Below are positions 31,601-40,929 of a stretch of 64,000 nucleotides of DNA, in pieces (position 1 is the stretch's first letter; the number at the start of each line of letters is the position of its first letter). A program made the translations under genes and the position numbers. This DNA comes from Patescibacteria group bacterium (lineage in GTDB: Bacteria; Patescibacteriota; Patescibacteriia; UBA2591; JAQUPP01). Where the stretch lies: the NCBI GenBank assembly GCA_028716665.1, contig JAQUPP010000001.1, forward strand, positions 349,046-413,045. Direction: 5' to 3'. Below the pieces are notes generated by a model, which ran no database searches, was not told where the DNA came from, and saw nothing but the letters and a program-made list of their open reading frames with translations.

Positions 31601-32871
31601 GTTAAGAGTTTTTGAAATCTCGGATTTTCAAAAAGATTAATCCCTCTGTCCAAAAGAGCTTCTGCCACTTCAACTAAAGAAGCGGTCCATTCAGAATAAT
31701 TGTAAATGGGTGATTCAAACGGCACGCCATCGCGAGATACTATATTAATTAAGGCGTCTTCTACTCCCATATCAAGGAAAATTTTTACATTCTCTCTTTT
31801 CAACACCCAATCTATCATTTCTTGACTTGTCGGATGTTTTTCTTTTTCATCCAAAACCACGGCTAAACGAATTAATGCTTTCTGGTGGCTGCCGTAATTT
31901 CCATAAATACGATAAGAACCGTCGGTTATGGAACGAGCTATTTCTAAAAGTAATTTTTCTCTAATTTGACTATCTATTTTTGTTGGATTTTGTCCGGTTA
32001 ATTTTTCAAGCTCATTGTCTTTTTGAATAAAAGGATAAATAGCATCATAAGCCAGGGCGTATGTCTCGGCTGGCGGGGGAAACTTTTCGTCCGGTGAAAT
32101 TGATGAGACCTCCCAGGTATGATAAAAAAGTTTTCCTAAAAGTTCTTTATCTACTTCTTTTCCTTCTCGGGACTGTTCTTCATATCGATAATCGGGATAA
32201 TATTGAGATAATTGCCATAATAATAAGGCCGCCTTGTGAGCATATGTATTATTTTCCGTAATTAAAGCAGCCTGACTTAAATTCCAAATGGCCGGTAATA
32301 AAAATTTACGGGCGCTCCAATGGTTATAATAACCGACAAACCAATATTTCTTTCCTGTTTCCGGGTTTGTCCAGCCCCAGCCATCATCCGGATAATTGCC
32401 TGTTAATAAAGAACGGTCATTCATTCCTGATTTTAAAAACTCTGAGAAATTATTTGATGGATACTCTTCGCCGCCCACCGGGCATTTTATTTTTCCGGGA
32501 TTGTTGAAATCAATAATCCATTTATATGAACCCTCTTTATTAATTTCCAGACCGTGAACAGGGCAACCAAAATCACTGATTGTTATAGCTCGCGGTTCTG
32601 AGGGAAGGGGAACTAATGTTTTTAATTTTTCATCCGAAAATTGAGCCCAATAATCCGCTTCATTGACAATTTTATCTCGCATTTCTTTGGCCCACTCATA
32701 TGTTTTTATATTTTCTTTCAAAATAACCAATTTTTCTTCAGTGTAATACGTGCGCCCATCTTTTGCGAAAGTTATGGAAGGTATAAATAAAAAAATACAA
32801 AATAAAACAAAAATGGTTATAGGGGATAATTTTTCACAAATTTTTTTTATTTTAAAATCAAAATCGTTCAT
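28687..32871 (-). CDS. Fusion of a heparinase II/III-like polysaccharide lyase, a TM helix, a D-glucuronyl C5-epimerase domain and a C-terminal TM helix
   Basis: Signal-like N-terminus; lyase motifs GHHHYDKL..LLTDFGYP and SVAHNTVVVN; TM FQLILLILAILGGIIL; epimerase motifs YNPVT, WISALAQG, WYEEY, VLNGMIYALIG, DTGWWTYYD, SYHLLH. Confidence 0.75.
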   Translation of the reverse strand: MNDFDFKIKKICEKLSPITIFVLFCIFLFIPSITFAKDGRTYYTEEKLVILKENIKTYEWAKEMRDKIVNEADYWAQFSDEKLKTLVPLPSEPRAITISDFGCPVHGLEINKEGSYKWIIDFNNPGKIKCPVGGEEYPSNNFSEFLKSGMNDRSLLTGNYPDDGWGWTNPETGKKYWFVGYYNHWSARKFLLPAIWNLSQAALITENNTYAHKAALLLWQLSQYYPDYRYEEQSREGKEVDKELLGKLFYHTWEVSSISPDEKFPPPAETYALAYDAIYPFIQKDNELEKLTGQNPTKIDSQIREKLLLEIARSITDGSYRIYGNYGSHQKALIRLAVVLDEKEKHPTSQEMIDWVLKRENVKIFLDMGVEDALINIVSRDGVPFESPIYNYSEWTASLVEVAEALLDRGINLFENPRFQKLLTWHFNVCLAEKFMPSMGDSGDMFAVNTLWNSQPEILATALRHFPDPRLAQALGSVKNIPRDLFEKPIEEVLKSIKAKPVQSLCTQSVNLPGYGLATLQINDKKNPTASSIFYGAYYGHHHYDKLNMVLFSQGNGLLTDFGYPETLDASDPRWPGFFANSVAHNTVVVNASKQEYNTNCKLHNFDSSSFIKIADVSCEDAYPEKVSLYRRVNMLVETSPGQSYLLDIFYVKGGEQHDYIIHGTQANFSCETPFGPVQKEGTLAGADIPYGKFYDDPELKNKPWGEANYTSYKGSGYQFLFNVQKTKPKDNMVCGWQLTGSDKNIGLRAHFLTNNNEEIIACDGKPQTRKDLPETVKFLIRREQGKNLNSIFVSLFESYNKKTWVKNVSAVSVNPVDDEAIAVKVELNIGETHYLFHSLNPDKEYIIDGKIKAKGQTASLILNSKGQIQKATLLNGKGLSFGNFSLEGNGIQKTKIASVDYEKGIIELADPILNQSLQKGQVLILESNGRGDSLAVEKIIDSAHLSIGNEDLKIARGLVEEVVPSDNKIISQMPSYFAQPGTTVLNSRFEAQGWLKTIDKGWFTLERADSKKLELSDFPTDEKGYQTYTMVVAGPGDQISIPDSVKFEIEKKPWFLKKDFLCFQLILLILAILGGIILSNFTADLFYKPAEMLMNLVLGFGFKGDVESDDRGIPIAIIRRSGGKYYNPVTVTMAGFDYYDKWQKKKEEKYFKYFKNCADWLVDNLKMRNFKGLIFGVWEYYYPWTYNLTPPWISALAQGVGLQFLSRVYKITGEEKYLEAAKLALNALFVEVKDGGVTYKDEDGGWWYEEYVGEGAKKSLVLNGMIYALIGVNEYYKNTKDIKAKELLEKGVINLKQHVWDFDTGWWTYYDKLGVMATKSYHLLHSELMKELYDITGEKIFLEACEKWAKYKSKFFVREFIKNKPHWHDMVVLCLNIGLVFIFLELLLFLIKI

Positions 32872-34229
32872 ATAATTTTTTCTTCTTGAGGCTCGCTTAA
32901 TTTTATAAGCAAACCGGAGGGCATAATCATTAGATAAAAGAGAGCGATATCTATCGGATCAGTAATAAATAGCCACACGAAACTCAGAAAAAGAGCAAAC
33001 AAAAGAATTCCTTTTCCAACGGCTCTTTTTGTAAATAAAATTTTGCGAGCAGTAAGTAAAAAATTCATCAATAAGAGCAAGAGTCCGGTCAGTCCGGTTC
33101 CGACATAAATTGCGGGAAATCCTATTTCGGACAAATAATTTGAAACCGATTTCGCTATATCCGGTCTGCCATATTCAATCCATAAATTAACGAAATAGGG
33201 ATGGGTTATGATGGCGGACTTTCTAAAACCATAGCCAAAAAAGAAATTTCCCCAATTTGAATTTTTCATAGCCTCAAAAGCTGCTTGAATATGAAATGTA
33301 CGGCTTACATCGCCCATATCAAAGGCCTCGGCGGGCGGTTTCCAGATAACATAAAAAGTTTTCCATAAAAGTTCGCCTAAACCTTTAAAAGTGTAGCTTG
33401 ATGGTGAAAGTATTGTGATAAATATAATTAAAACAAGCAGAAAAATAATGGAATACAGAAAGAATTTGCGAAAACCGATTATTGGCAAGGCCATAATTAA
33501 AAAACCGATAATACAAAGTTGAGTAAGTCGAGAATTATAATAAAAAGCGGAAAATAATATTACTATCAAAGTTATCCAGCCGATTCTTCGATAAAGAGAA
33601 CTCTTGTCTTTAATCAGAAAAAATATGGCAGGCAGGGCAATGAGCAGGGGAAATGCCGCATATGTAGTGCCTCCCCAAAAAAGATTTTGAATGGCCCATC
33701 TTCCTGTTTGCAACCAAAATAGTCCTTTTCCGGCAATACTATCATAGAATACACCAACTAAAATATATGCTGCAAAATATACCAAAGAACTGTTGGCGAT
33801 TATTAATGATAATTTTCTTTTTGAAAGCAAAAAGGGCGTTCTTGGAAGGCAAAACGCAAAAATACCCAACATACCGAAATAAACCATCCACCGGAATTTT
33901 CTTAAGCTCTCCATTTCCACCATTCCATAGAAACTTTGGAAAACCATATAAATAATCATTGAGAAGAAAAACAATTCATGAAGCTGATCCCAAATATCTT
34001 TTTTGTCTTTATGGAGATGAAATTTTTGGATTGAAATGGCCAGAAAAATTCCGATTAAAATACAACCCAGAAGATATTCGTCCGGCAGGCCGATTTTTTG
34101 AATAACTATACCGCTGGCTCCTATGGAAGCCATAATTAACAGAGGCCAAAAATAATTTGGTTTTAAAGCCGCGATTATTAAAAATACAAATCCGATTATT
34201 CCAATTAAACTTGTTAAAAACAAAACCAT
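32868..34229 (-). CDS. Putative Wzy polymerase / O-antigen-ligase-like membrane protein
   Basis: Many TM helices, SR motif after a TM, a large loop ending FFGYGF, and a position inside a wzx/wzz locus. Confidence 0.65.
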   Translation of the reverse strand: MVLFLTSLIGIIGFVFLIIAALKPNYFWPLLIMASIGASGIVIQKIGLPDEYLLGCILIGIFLAISIQKFHLHKDKKDIWDQLHELFFFSMIIYMVFQSFYGMVEMESLRKFRWMVYFGMLGIFAFCLPRTPFLLSKRKLSLIIANSSLVYFAAYILVGVFYDSIAGKGLFWLQTGRWAIQNLFWGGTTYAAFPLLIALPAIFFLIKDKSSLYRRIGWITLIVILFSAFYYNSRLTQLCIIGFLIMALPIIGFRKFFLYSIIFLLVLIIFITILSPSSYTFKGLGELLWKTFYVIWKPPAEAFDMGDVSRTFHIQAAFEAMKNSNWGNFFFGYGFRKSAIITHPYFVNLWIEYGRPDIAKSVSNYLSEIGFPAIYVGTGLTGLLLLLMNFLLTARKILFTKRAVGKGILLFALFLSFVWLFITDPIDIALFYLMIMPSGLLIKLSEPQEEKII

Positions 34230-34269
34230 ATTAGATTAGAAATGACTTATGTTAAAATTAATTTTTTCG

Positions 34270-35445
34270 CTATTTAATCCAGATAATATTTTTTATTTTA
34301 GGTATTCCCCAAAACCAAACACCGGGAATTGGATGATTGAGAAGATATTTTTTAATTATATTTTTTGAACCGAAATTCACAGTAGGTTCCGGGGAAGTGT
34401 ATTGAGAAATCCGATAATCATCAATATAAAAATTTATCGTGCCCGAAGAAGTCGCGCTTATTGGTCCGAACGATCTCAGATTATCAGAGGTTGCAATTGG
34501 CGTTTGATCGTTATATTCAAGAGGAATATCTCCCAGATCATCTCCGTCCACATAAGTTTTTTGAACAGAGTTTTTAAAATCTAAAATCACTTCAGCTTCA
34601 TACCAAGTATTATAGGAATATTTTTTGTCATTGGGAAAGGCGATCGGACCGGCTGGTTGGCAGCGATGCCTGAATGAACCAAGCCCATCACCATTCGGTC
34701 CGCCAAAAAATAAATTGCATGAATAGTTTATGGTATTATCATGAGAATCATGGCTGGTAAAAACTATAAATCCCGCTGAGCACGATTCCACCGATCCATT
34801 ATCGGTTCTGGCCCAAGTTTGAATGCGAATATTTTGTTTTTGTCCGGTATAACCTGTGAGCATATACCCGCCCGGCTGATCCGCTTCAGTGGTAGTGCAT
34901 TTGCCTGAATGCAGTCCTTTTTTAACAATGGAATTTTCAATACTCCATTCATCGTCCGGCACGCCCCATCTACTGAAATTTTTTGATTCAAAATCGTCAA
35001 AAAAGATAAACGTTTTAGGTCCGCTACTCCTGCTTTTTGCTTTTAAATTTCCATAATACATATAGATTATTTTTTTTGAATATGCGGAAATATCAGGTAT
35101 TTCTACCCAAAAAGTCGCCAAAGTTGAATCAATCTTTGATTCTAACCAATAATCTATTAGTGAGGTTCCATCAGAATCAGTGAATCTGATGCCATCAAAA
35201 TCAGATTGCATGCCCAAATCATAAGCAACAGGAATTTTGATTTGGTAATTTATTAAATCAGAAGAATTATTAGTATTGTCAATTGTTATTGATTCTCTAT
35301 AGCGCCAATGACAAAAAATTTCAATTTGTATTATTATAATAATACAAATTAATACAAAGGCCAAAAGAAAAATTTTTAGAAGTATTTTTTTCAGCTTAAT
35401 TTTTGGTTTATCTTGTTGGGGCGAATATTTTTTACCGAATATCAT
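34270..35445 (-). CDS. Membrane-anchored DUF2341 + lectin-like beta-sandwich protein
   Basis: TM helix, then WRYRESITIDN..DFDGIRFTDSDG..FWVEIP..IYMYYGN..FIFFDDFE. Confidence 0.8.
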   Translation of the reverse strand: MIFGKKYSPQQDKPKIKLKKILLKIFLLAFVLICIIIIIQIEIFCHWRYRESITIDNTNNSSDLINYQIKIPVAYDLGMQSDFDGIRFTDSDGTSLIDYWLESKIDSTLATFWVEIPDISAYSKKIIYMYYGNLKAKSRSSGPKTFIFFDDFESKNFSRWGVPDDEWSIENSIVKKGLHSGKCTTTEADQPGGYMLTGYTGQKQNIRIQTWARTDNGSVESCSAGFIVFTSHDSHDNTINYSCNLFFGGPNGDGLGSFRHRCQPAGPIAFPNDKKYSYNTWYEAEVILDFKNSVQKTYVDGDDLGDIPLEYNDQTPIATSDNLRSFGPISATSSGTINFYIDDYRISQYTSPEPTVNFGSKNIIKKYLLNHPIPGVWFWGIPKIKNIIWIK

Positions 35446-35453
35446 AACATTTT

Positions 35454-36743
35454 TTATTTTTGAGGAGTTGCAATTATTGAATTTAAAATTTCAGCAAATT
35501 TTTTTGCCATTTCCTTATAATTATATTTATTGATTTTCTCTATATTTCCCTTAAAGTCAACTCTTCCTTTTTCTTCATATTCTGAATAAAATTGAAGAAG
35601 AACTTTTTTAATATCTTCAACCTCCGGACAATAAAATCCAGCATTTGTTTCAGAAAGCATTTCTTTTATTACCAGATCTTGCCCCGAGCCGCCAGTCGCG
35701 ATTATTGGTCTTCTGGCGGCCAAATAATCAAAAAATTTTCCCGAAAAAGCTCCTTTTTCTTTTTTATTTTCCCAGTTTAATTGAAGCAATAATTGAGATT
35801 CTGTTTGTTTCTTGACGCATTCATCCCAGGGAATCACTCCTTTTTGTTCCACCACTTTTGATAAATTTTGTTCTTTTATTTCTGTCTCTATCCAATCTCG
35901 TTGAGGACCGTAAAACCTCACTTTTGTTTTAGCCGGATCAATCAGTCCTTCAGAAATCAGGCGGCTTAAAGCCATAAAAAATTTCAGAGGGTCCCGTTCT
36001 CTGCCGTGCCAAAGAGCGGTATAGGTAATAGTAAATTCTTTTGTCAGATTTTGCGGCGGCTCATTTATTTTATCTGGATCATAACCGAAAACAACTGTTT
36101 GGACCTCTTTTTCTTTATGCAGCCTCTCAAGAACTTCAGCTTGAGGCCAGCAAGAAGTTGTTACAAAATCCGCCAATTTAATTGTTTTTTTCTCCAATCT
36201 TCTGTCAAAGAATTTTCTTACAGAATCATAACTGTAAGCATAGGTCTCTGACCAAAGATCCGGAAAATCTGCAATCCATGGAATTTTATATTCTTTTTTT
36301 AATTTTTTCGCGATAAGATGAGCCGGTATCGGCCAAACACTGATCATCGCATCTACCTTTTCATTTTTTAAAAAGTTTTTAGCCGCTTTAATGGCAACCG
36401 GTATCCAGCCCCTCTCAACATCCGGGTAGGCAATAACACCTTCAAAAAGTTTTATTATTTTGGTAGTAAGACTTTTTCTATCTCTGATTTTAGTGGGAAT
36501 TCCTATTTGTTCTTGAAGTCCTATGGTAGGATTCAAATGAAATTTTCTTTTCAAAGAAATTATAATATTAGAAGTTGGAGCTTCTATAACTCTAAATTTG
36601 AAATCTGGATTTTTCTGGAGGGGAGTGGTAAGGCAAATCGGTTCCCATCCAAATTCAGAGAGATATTTTGCAAGACCCAATATTCTTTTACTGCCTCCCG
36701 GCGCGTAAGGCCAAAAATGACCGACGATTAAAACTTTTTTCAT
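35454..36743 (-). CDS. GT4-like glycosyltransferase
   Basis: GGSKR...AKYL.EFGW, PWIADFPDLW, GKFFDYLAARRPI. Confidence 0.85.
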   Translation of the reverse strand: MKKVLIVGHFWPYAPGGSKRILGLAKYLSEFGWEPICLTTPLQKNPDFKFRVIEAPTSNIIISLKRKFHLNPTIGLQEQIGIPTKIRDRKSLTTKIIKLFEGVIAYPDVERGWIPVAIKAAKNFLKNEKVDAMISVWPIPAHLIAKKLKKEYKIPWIADFPDLWSETYAYSYDSVRKFFDRRLEKKTIKLADFVTTSCWPQAEVLERLHKEKEVQTVVFGYDPDKINEPPQNLTKEFTITYTALWHGRERDPLKFFMALSRLISEGLIDPAKTKVRFYGPQRDWIETEIKEQNLSKVVEQKGVIPWDECVKKQTESQLLLQLNWENKKEKGAFSGKFFDYLAARRPIIATGGSGQDLVIKEMLSETNAGFYCPEVEDIKKVLLQFYSEYEEKGRVDFKGNIEKINKYNYKEMAKKFAEILNSIIATPQK

Positions 36744-36745
36744 AA

Positions 36746-37834
36746 TTATTTTATTATTAATTTTTTATAAATATTATTCATTTTTGACATTTCTTCGTAA
36801 TAATCATTTTCCTCTATAATTTTTTGTCTGGCGAGGATTCCAAATTCTTTTCTTTTATTTTCATCTTTTAATAAATTGATAATTTTTTCCGCTAAAATTT
36901 CAGGGTTTCTTATTGAAATCAAAAACCCATTTTTTCCTTCTTCTATCCATTTTTCATTTTCGCCGGTATTCGTAATGACTACCGGAAGCTGACAAGACAT
37001 TGCTTCAGCGGTAGAAGCTGAGATTCCGGCGTCAGACAAAGCCGTTGAGATATAAATATCGGATGTTTTTAAATACTTCGGCAATTCATTGTTTTGAATC
37101 GAGCCGACGAATCTAATGTTATTCAAAATTTTTAAATCTTTGGCCAAATTTTTTATTTTATTTTCTTCCGATCCTTCTCCGGCAATAATAAATTTAGTTT
37201 CGGAAAATTCTTTTAAAACCAGGGGTATTGCTTTAATTAAAGTTTCAATATCATAGATAGGCTTAAAGTTTCTTAAACTTATTATGATCGGGCAATTTTG
37301 AATTTTTAATTCACTGATTAAATTCTCATCCTTTGGTCCCGGACTGAATTTTTTAGTATCTATTCCAAAACATATCTTTATAATTTTAGAAGAATTTGCT
37401 CCTAATTTTATCATTGCTTCTCTAATATGCCAGGCGTCGCAAGTAATGAGGTCAGCCCGTTTTAAAGCTAATTTTATCAAAGGTTTTTTTAATTTTGATT
37501 TAGGCGCCAATAAAATATCAGATCCCCATGCCGTCAAAACAAGGGGATGAAAATTTATTAAAGCTCCTATTGCTCCGGCCATCCAAACTTGATGAATATG
37601 GAAAATATCCGGTTTTATTTTGTTTAAAATATTTTTAATTTCAAGGGTATAAATGAGCGGTCTTAATAGTTTTAGGGGACTTTTTCTAATTAGATAAAAT
37701 TTAATACCTTCAGGTATATCGTTGCTGCCGATTCCCAAGGATAACCAATAGACTTCATGACCTTGTTTGGCGAAGTATTCAATCCATTTTTTTGAATGAA
37801 TGGAGTCTGCTGTTGCCAAAAAACATATTTTCAT
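36746..37834 (-). CDS. GT4 glycosyltransferase
   Basis: SIHSKKW, TAWGSDI, EAMSCQLPVV.T. Confidence 0.9.
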   Translation of the reverse strand: MKICFLATADSIHSKKWIEYFAKQGHEVYWLSLGIGSNDIPEGIKFYLIRKSPLKLLRPLIYTLEIKNILNKIKPDIFHIHQVWMAGAIGALINFHPLVLTAWGSDILLAPKSKLKKPLIKLALKRADLITCDAWHIREAMIKLGANSSKIIKICFGIDTKKFSPGPKDENLISELKIQNCPIIISLRNFKPIYDIETLIKAIPLVLKEFSETKFIIAGEGSEENKIKNLAKDLKILNNIRFVGSIQNNELPKYLKTSDIYISTALSDAGISASTAEAMSCQLPVVITNTGENEKWIEEGKNGFLISIRNPEILAEKIINLLKDENKRKEFGILARQKIIEENDYYEEMSKMNNIYKKLIIK

Positions 37835-37841
37835 ATTTTTA

Positions 37842-38699
37842 TTATATTTTCGATTTTATTTTTGAAACCAAATTTATAAATTTTGTTTTAATTAAGTTTA
37901 TGGGGATTTCATAAATATATTCGGTTTTAATCTCCCCCATAAAACTTTTTTTAAAGCGGCTTGAGCCGTCTTTTTCATCAAAACTGATTCCACCTAAATC
38001 CAATAATTGGAATCCCTTTTCCTTTAAAGAAAGCATTGTTTCCCAAATATTAATATGGCCCGGCGCATAATCTCCAAATTTTTTATCAAATGCCCCCAGC
38101 CAATACATTGGATATTCATCTAATAAAAAGAATGTTCCTCCAATAATTTTATTATCCTTTATTGATAAAAAAAGTCGGGATATTTTTTTATCTTTAAAAA
38201 GTTTTTTCACAAGCAGTAATTTTTGTCTTCCAAATCCCTTTATTTGAGTTGCCCTAGAATATACCCCCCACCATTGATTGAATTCTTTCTCTGTTTCTGC
38301 CAATTTTATTTCCACACCCATTTTTTCGCCCTTACGAATCATATTTCTCGTTTTTTTGCCGATTTTTTCCCAAAGCAATTCTTTATTACCCGTAAGATCT
38401 ATCACAGAAGTGAACAGTTTTTCTTTAAAAAAATTATTTAAATCCTCCAAAGGATTGATGCTGTAAATCAAAATTTTAGCCACTCCTAAATTTTTAGCCA
38501 AAGATTTTAATTCATTTATCCATTTTTCCTTGGACGGAGCACAATATAAATATAAGGTGGTATTGCCAATTAGCGGCCGAAAGGAAACAAAAAGCTGGAA
38601 ATCATCAAGAAAGTATAATTTTAGGTTGTTAAACCTTGCGTATATTTTGCCAAAGTCCTTATTCTGCCATATTTTAAATGTTCCTTGCCAAATATTCAT
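37842..38699 (-). CDS. FemAB/FemX-like GNAT-fold acyl or aminoacyl transferase
   Basis: TSVIDL....LW.KI.KKTRNMIRKGEK.GV, LDLGG, RFKKSF.G. Confidence 0.8.
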   Translation of the reverse strand: MNIWQGTFKIWQNKDFGKIYARFNNLKLYFLDDFQLFVSFRPLIGNTTLYLYCAPSKEKWINELKSLAKNLGVAKILIYSINPLEDLNNFFKEKLFTSVIDLTGNKELLWEKIGKKTRNMIRKGEKMGVEIKLAETEKEFNQWWGVYSRATQIKGFGRQKLLLVKKLFKDKKISRLFLSIKDNKIIGGTFFLLDEYPMYWLGAFDKKFGDYAPGHINIWETMLSLKEKGFQLLDLGGISFDEKDGSSRFKKSFMGEIKTEYIYEIPINLIKTKFINLVSKIKSKI

Positions 38700-38706
38700 T
38701 TTATAT

Positions 38707-39600
38707 TTAAGAAATTAATTTTTTATAAAAATCAGTCGCGTCACGATTAGATTTGCAAAGATACAGATGTTTGTTGTTTGCCGCAAAATCAAAAATTTTG
38801 AACCAAAAATCAAGCGTTCCTTTTGAAAAATTGCCGATATGAGTCATATAACTGTGAACGGGTAAATTTAAAAAAGATTTTTCAATCCTTAATCTAGTAA
38901 AAAAATTTTGTGGAATAATGTGGCATTCAACAAAATCAAGAAGTGATTTTTCGGGAAAAAATTTAATTTTGCGATTCATTGATAAATCCAAATTGTAATC
39001 ATTGCCCGAAAGACCAAGACTGGTTCGGGGCAAAAATTCCAAATATTTTGATCCGGACCAGTGGTATTTGTATTTATCAAATGTAATTTTTTTGCAAGAA
39101 ACCAGATATTTAATATTATATTCCGAAAGAATCTTATCAGTAACTCCTTCTTCCCAAGCATGATAAGGGGGGACAAACAATTCCGGAAAATTTAATCCCC
39201 AATAATTGAAAATTTTTTTACTTTTTTCAATATGTTCTCTTTGAGTTTTTTCTGACACGGGCTTATTTTCTTCAAAATGGTAAAACTCACCAATATGGCC
39301 GTCATCTTCGTGCGTTAAACCATGATAACCTATTTCAATATATTTGCTGTTTTGTTTTAAAAAATCAATCAATTCGTCAATATATTCCAAGGGTGTTCCG
39401 GCGCCGGAAACATTTTCTTTGTCTAAATATCTCATTGTAAAACAAACAGGGATTTTAATATCAAATTTTTTGGCAATTTTTAAGATATTAACATACGCCT
39501 CCATTGTTATTTTTCCTTCTTTTTTTTCTGGGAAAAGATAATCAAATCCGCCATCATCAACGATCAAGAAAAATGGATATTTTTTGAGATTATTTTTCAT
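38707..39600 (-). CDS. Polysaccharide deacetylase-like (NodB/DUF2334-type) protein
   Basis: IVDD, EIGYHGLTH and FVPPYH motifs. Confidence 0.75.
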   Translation of the reverse strand: MKNNLKKYPFFLIVDDGGFDYLFPEKKEGKITMEAYVNILKIAKKFDIKIPVCFTMRYLDKENVSGAGTPLEYIDELIDFLKQNSKYIEIGYHGLTHEDDGHIGEFYHFEENKPVSEKTQREHIEKSKKIFNYWGLNFPELFVPPYHAWEEGVTDKILSEYNIKYLVSCKKITFDKYKYHWSGSKYLEFLPRTSLGLSGNDYNLDLSMNRKIKFFPEKSLLDFVECHIIPQNFFTRLRIEKSFLNLPVHSYMTHIGNFSKGTLDFWFKIFDFAANNKHLYLCKSNRDATDFYKKLIS

Positions 39601-40929
39601 TTATTTTGAAAAATTAAAATATTTATTCTTAATTAAAATAATCAGATTTTGATATAATTTTATATCAGCTTTTTTAAGAAACAAAAGATCTTTAATATTG
39701 TTGCCGGAAATTTTAATATAAACTACGGAGGTTATAAAAAAACTAATTGTGTAAGAAATTGAAGTGGCAGTGGCGGCTCCGATAATACCGAATTTTGGAA
39801 TCAAGATAATATTTAAAACAGTGTTTATAACAAGGGCGCTTGCCGTAATGTAAGTATTTAACATTGGCTTGCCGCGTCCAAAAAAATCATGAGCCAATAT
39901 TATTCTGCCGCTAAGCATTACCATTCCTATCAGTAATATTTGAAACGGCAAAACTGAATTGATAAATTGTTTGGAATAGAGAAGTGTTATTAACCAATGA
40001 CCAATCAAGAAAAGAAAAGCGGCTAATAAAAACATAATAAAGAGGGTATTTCGACAGACCAGAGGAGTGAATTCTTTAATTTTTTTTTCGTCTGTTTCAG
40101 ATGACACTCGCGGAAAAAGAACCGTACTGATTGAATCGGGGATCAGCCAAAGCTGTTCCGATATGCCGGTAGCGATTGAATAAAGGCCAATTGCCATCGG
40201 GTTTAAAAAAATATTAATCAAAAAAGTATCTATTCTGGACTGCCAGACGGAAAAAAGATTGCTCGAATAATTTTTTATTCCGTATAAAAAAAAGTCTTTA
40301 AAAATATCTTTATTTAATGAAAAAATCGGCCTTCCTATTTCTTTTTTGATTTGAAAAAATAAAATAATGCAAGGAACAAACCAGGAAGCTATCAGGGCTA
40401 TCATTATTGTGCCGACAGTGATACAGTGTTGCCATAGAAAAATGACCATTAAGGTCAGAAATAAAATCGGTTCTATCAAATTAATTAAATTATATTTTTT
40501 GAAATTTTGAATTCCAGAAAAAATACAAATTATATATTTTAAAAAAAACCAAGAAGGAATCAAAAATAAAACAGACAAAAGATATTCACGGGGTACATGA
40601 GGGAAAATTTTATTTCCAAAAAAGAAAATAATAATCAGCCCGATTAAAATTGTAAAAATACTAATTAAAATTGAAAATAAAATGTTTGCGCCAAAAATTT
40701 TATTTAATGAATATTTCTTTTTCCCTATATAAAAAACCGAAGATGATCCAATTCCAAAATCAGTAAAATTTATCAAAATTACTTGAAATAGAATTATCAG
40801 AGAATAAATTCCTTTTTTTTCCGGACCAAGAGTTCGAGCAACAATAACAGAAATCACTATTCCCAAAATAACATTTAAAAATCTGGCGACAAAGGTGATT
40901 AAACTGTCTTTTGTAAATTTACCAATCAT
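39601..40929 (-). CDS. wzx: Wzx flippase
   Basis: Multi-TM MOP-family motifs ARTLGPE.KG.Y, RID.F..N.FL...IGLYS.A, LIPKFGIIGAA.ATS. Confidence 0.9.
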   Translation of the reverse strand: MIGKFTKDSLITFVARFLNVILGIVISVIVARTLGPEKKGIYSLIILFQVILINFTDFGIGSSSVFYIGKKKYSLNKIFGANILFSILISIFTILIGLIIIFFFGNKIFPHVPREYLLSVLFLIPSWFFLKYIICIFSGIQNFKKYNLINLIEPILFLTLMVIFLWQHCITVGTIMIALIASWFVPCIILFFQIKKEIGRPIFSLNKDIFKDFFLYGIKNYSSNLFSVWQSRIDTFLINIFLNPMAIGLYSIATGISEQLWLIPDSISTVLFPRVSSETDEKKIKEFTPLVCRNTLFIMFLLAAFLFLIGHWLITLLYSKQFINSVLPFQILLIGMVMLSGRIILAHDFFGRGKPMLNTYITASALVINTVLNIILIPKFGIIGAATATSISYTISFFITSVVYIKISGNNIKDLLFLKKADIKLYQNLIILIKNKYFNFSK

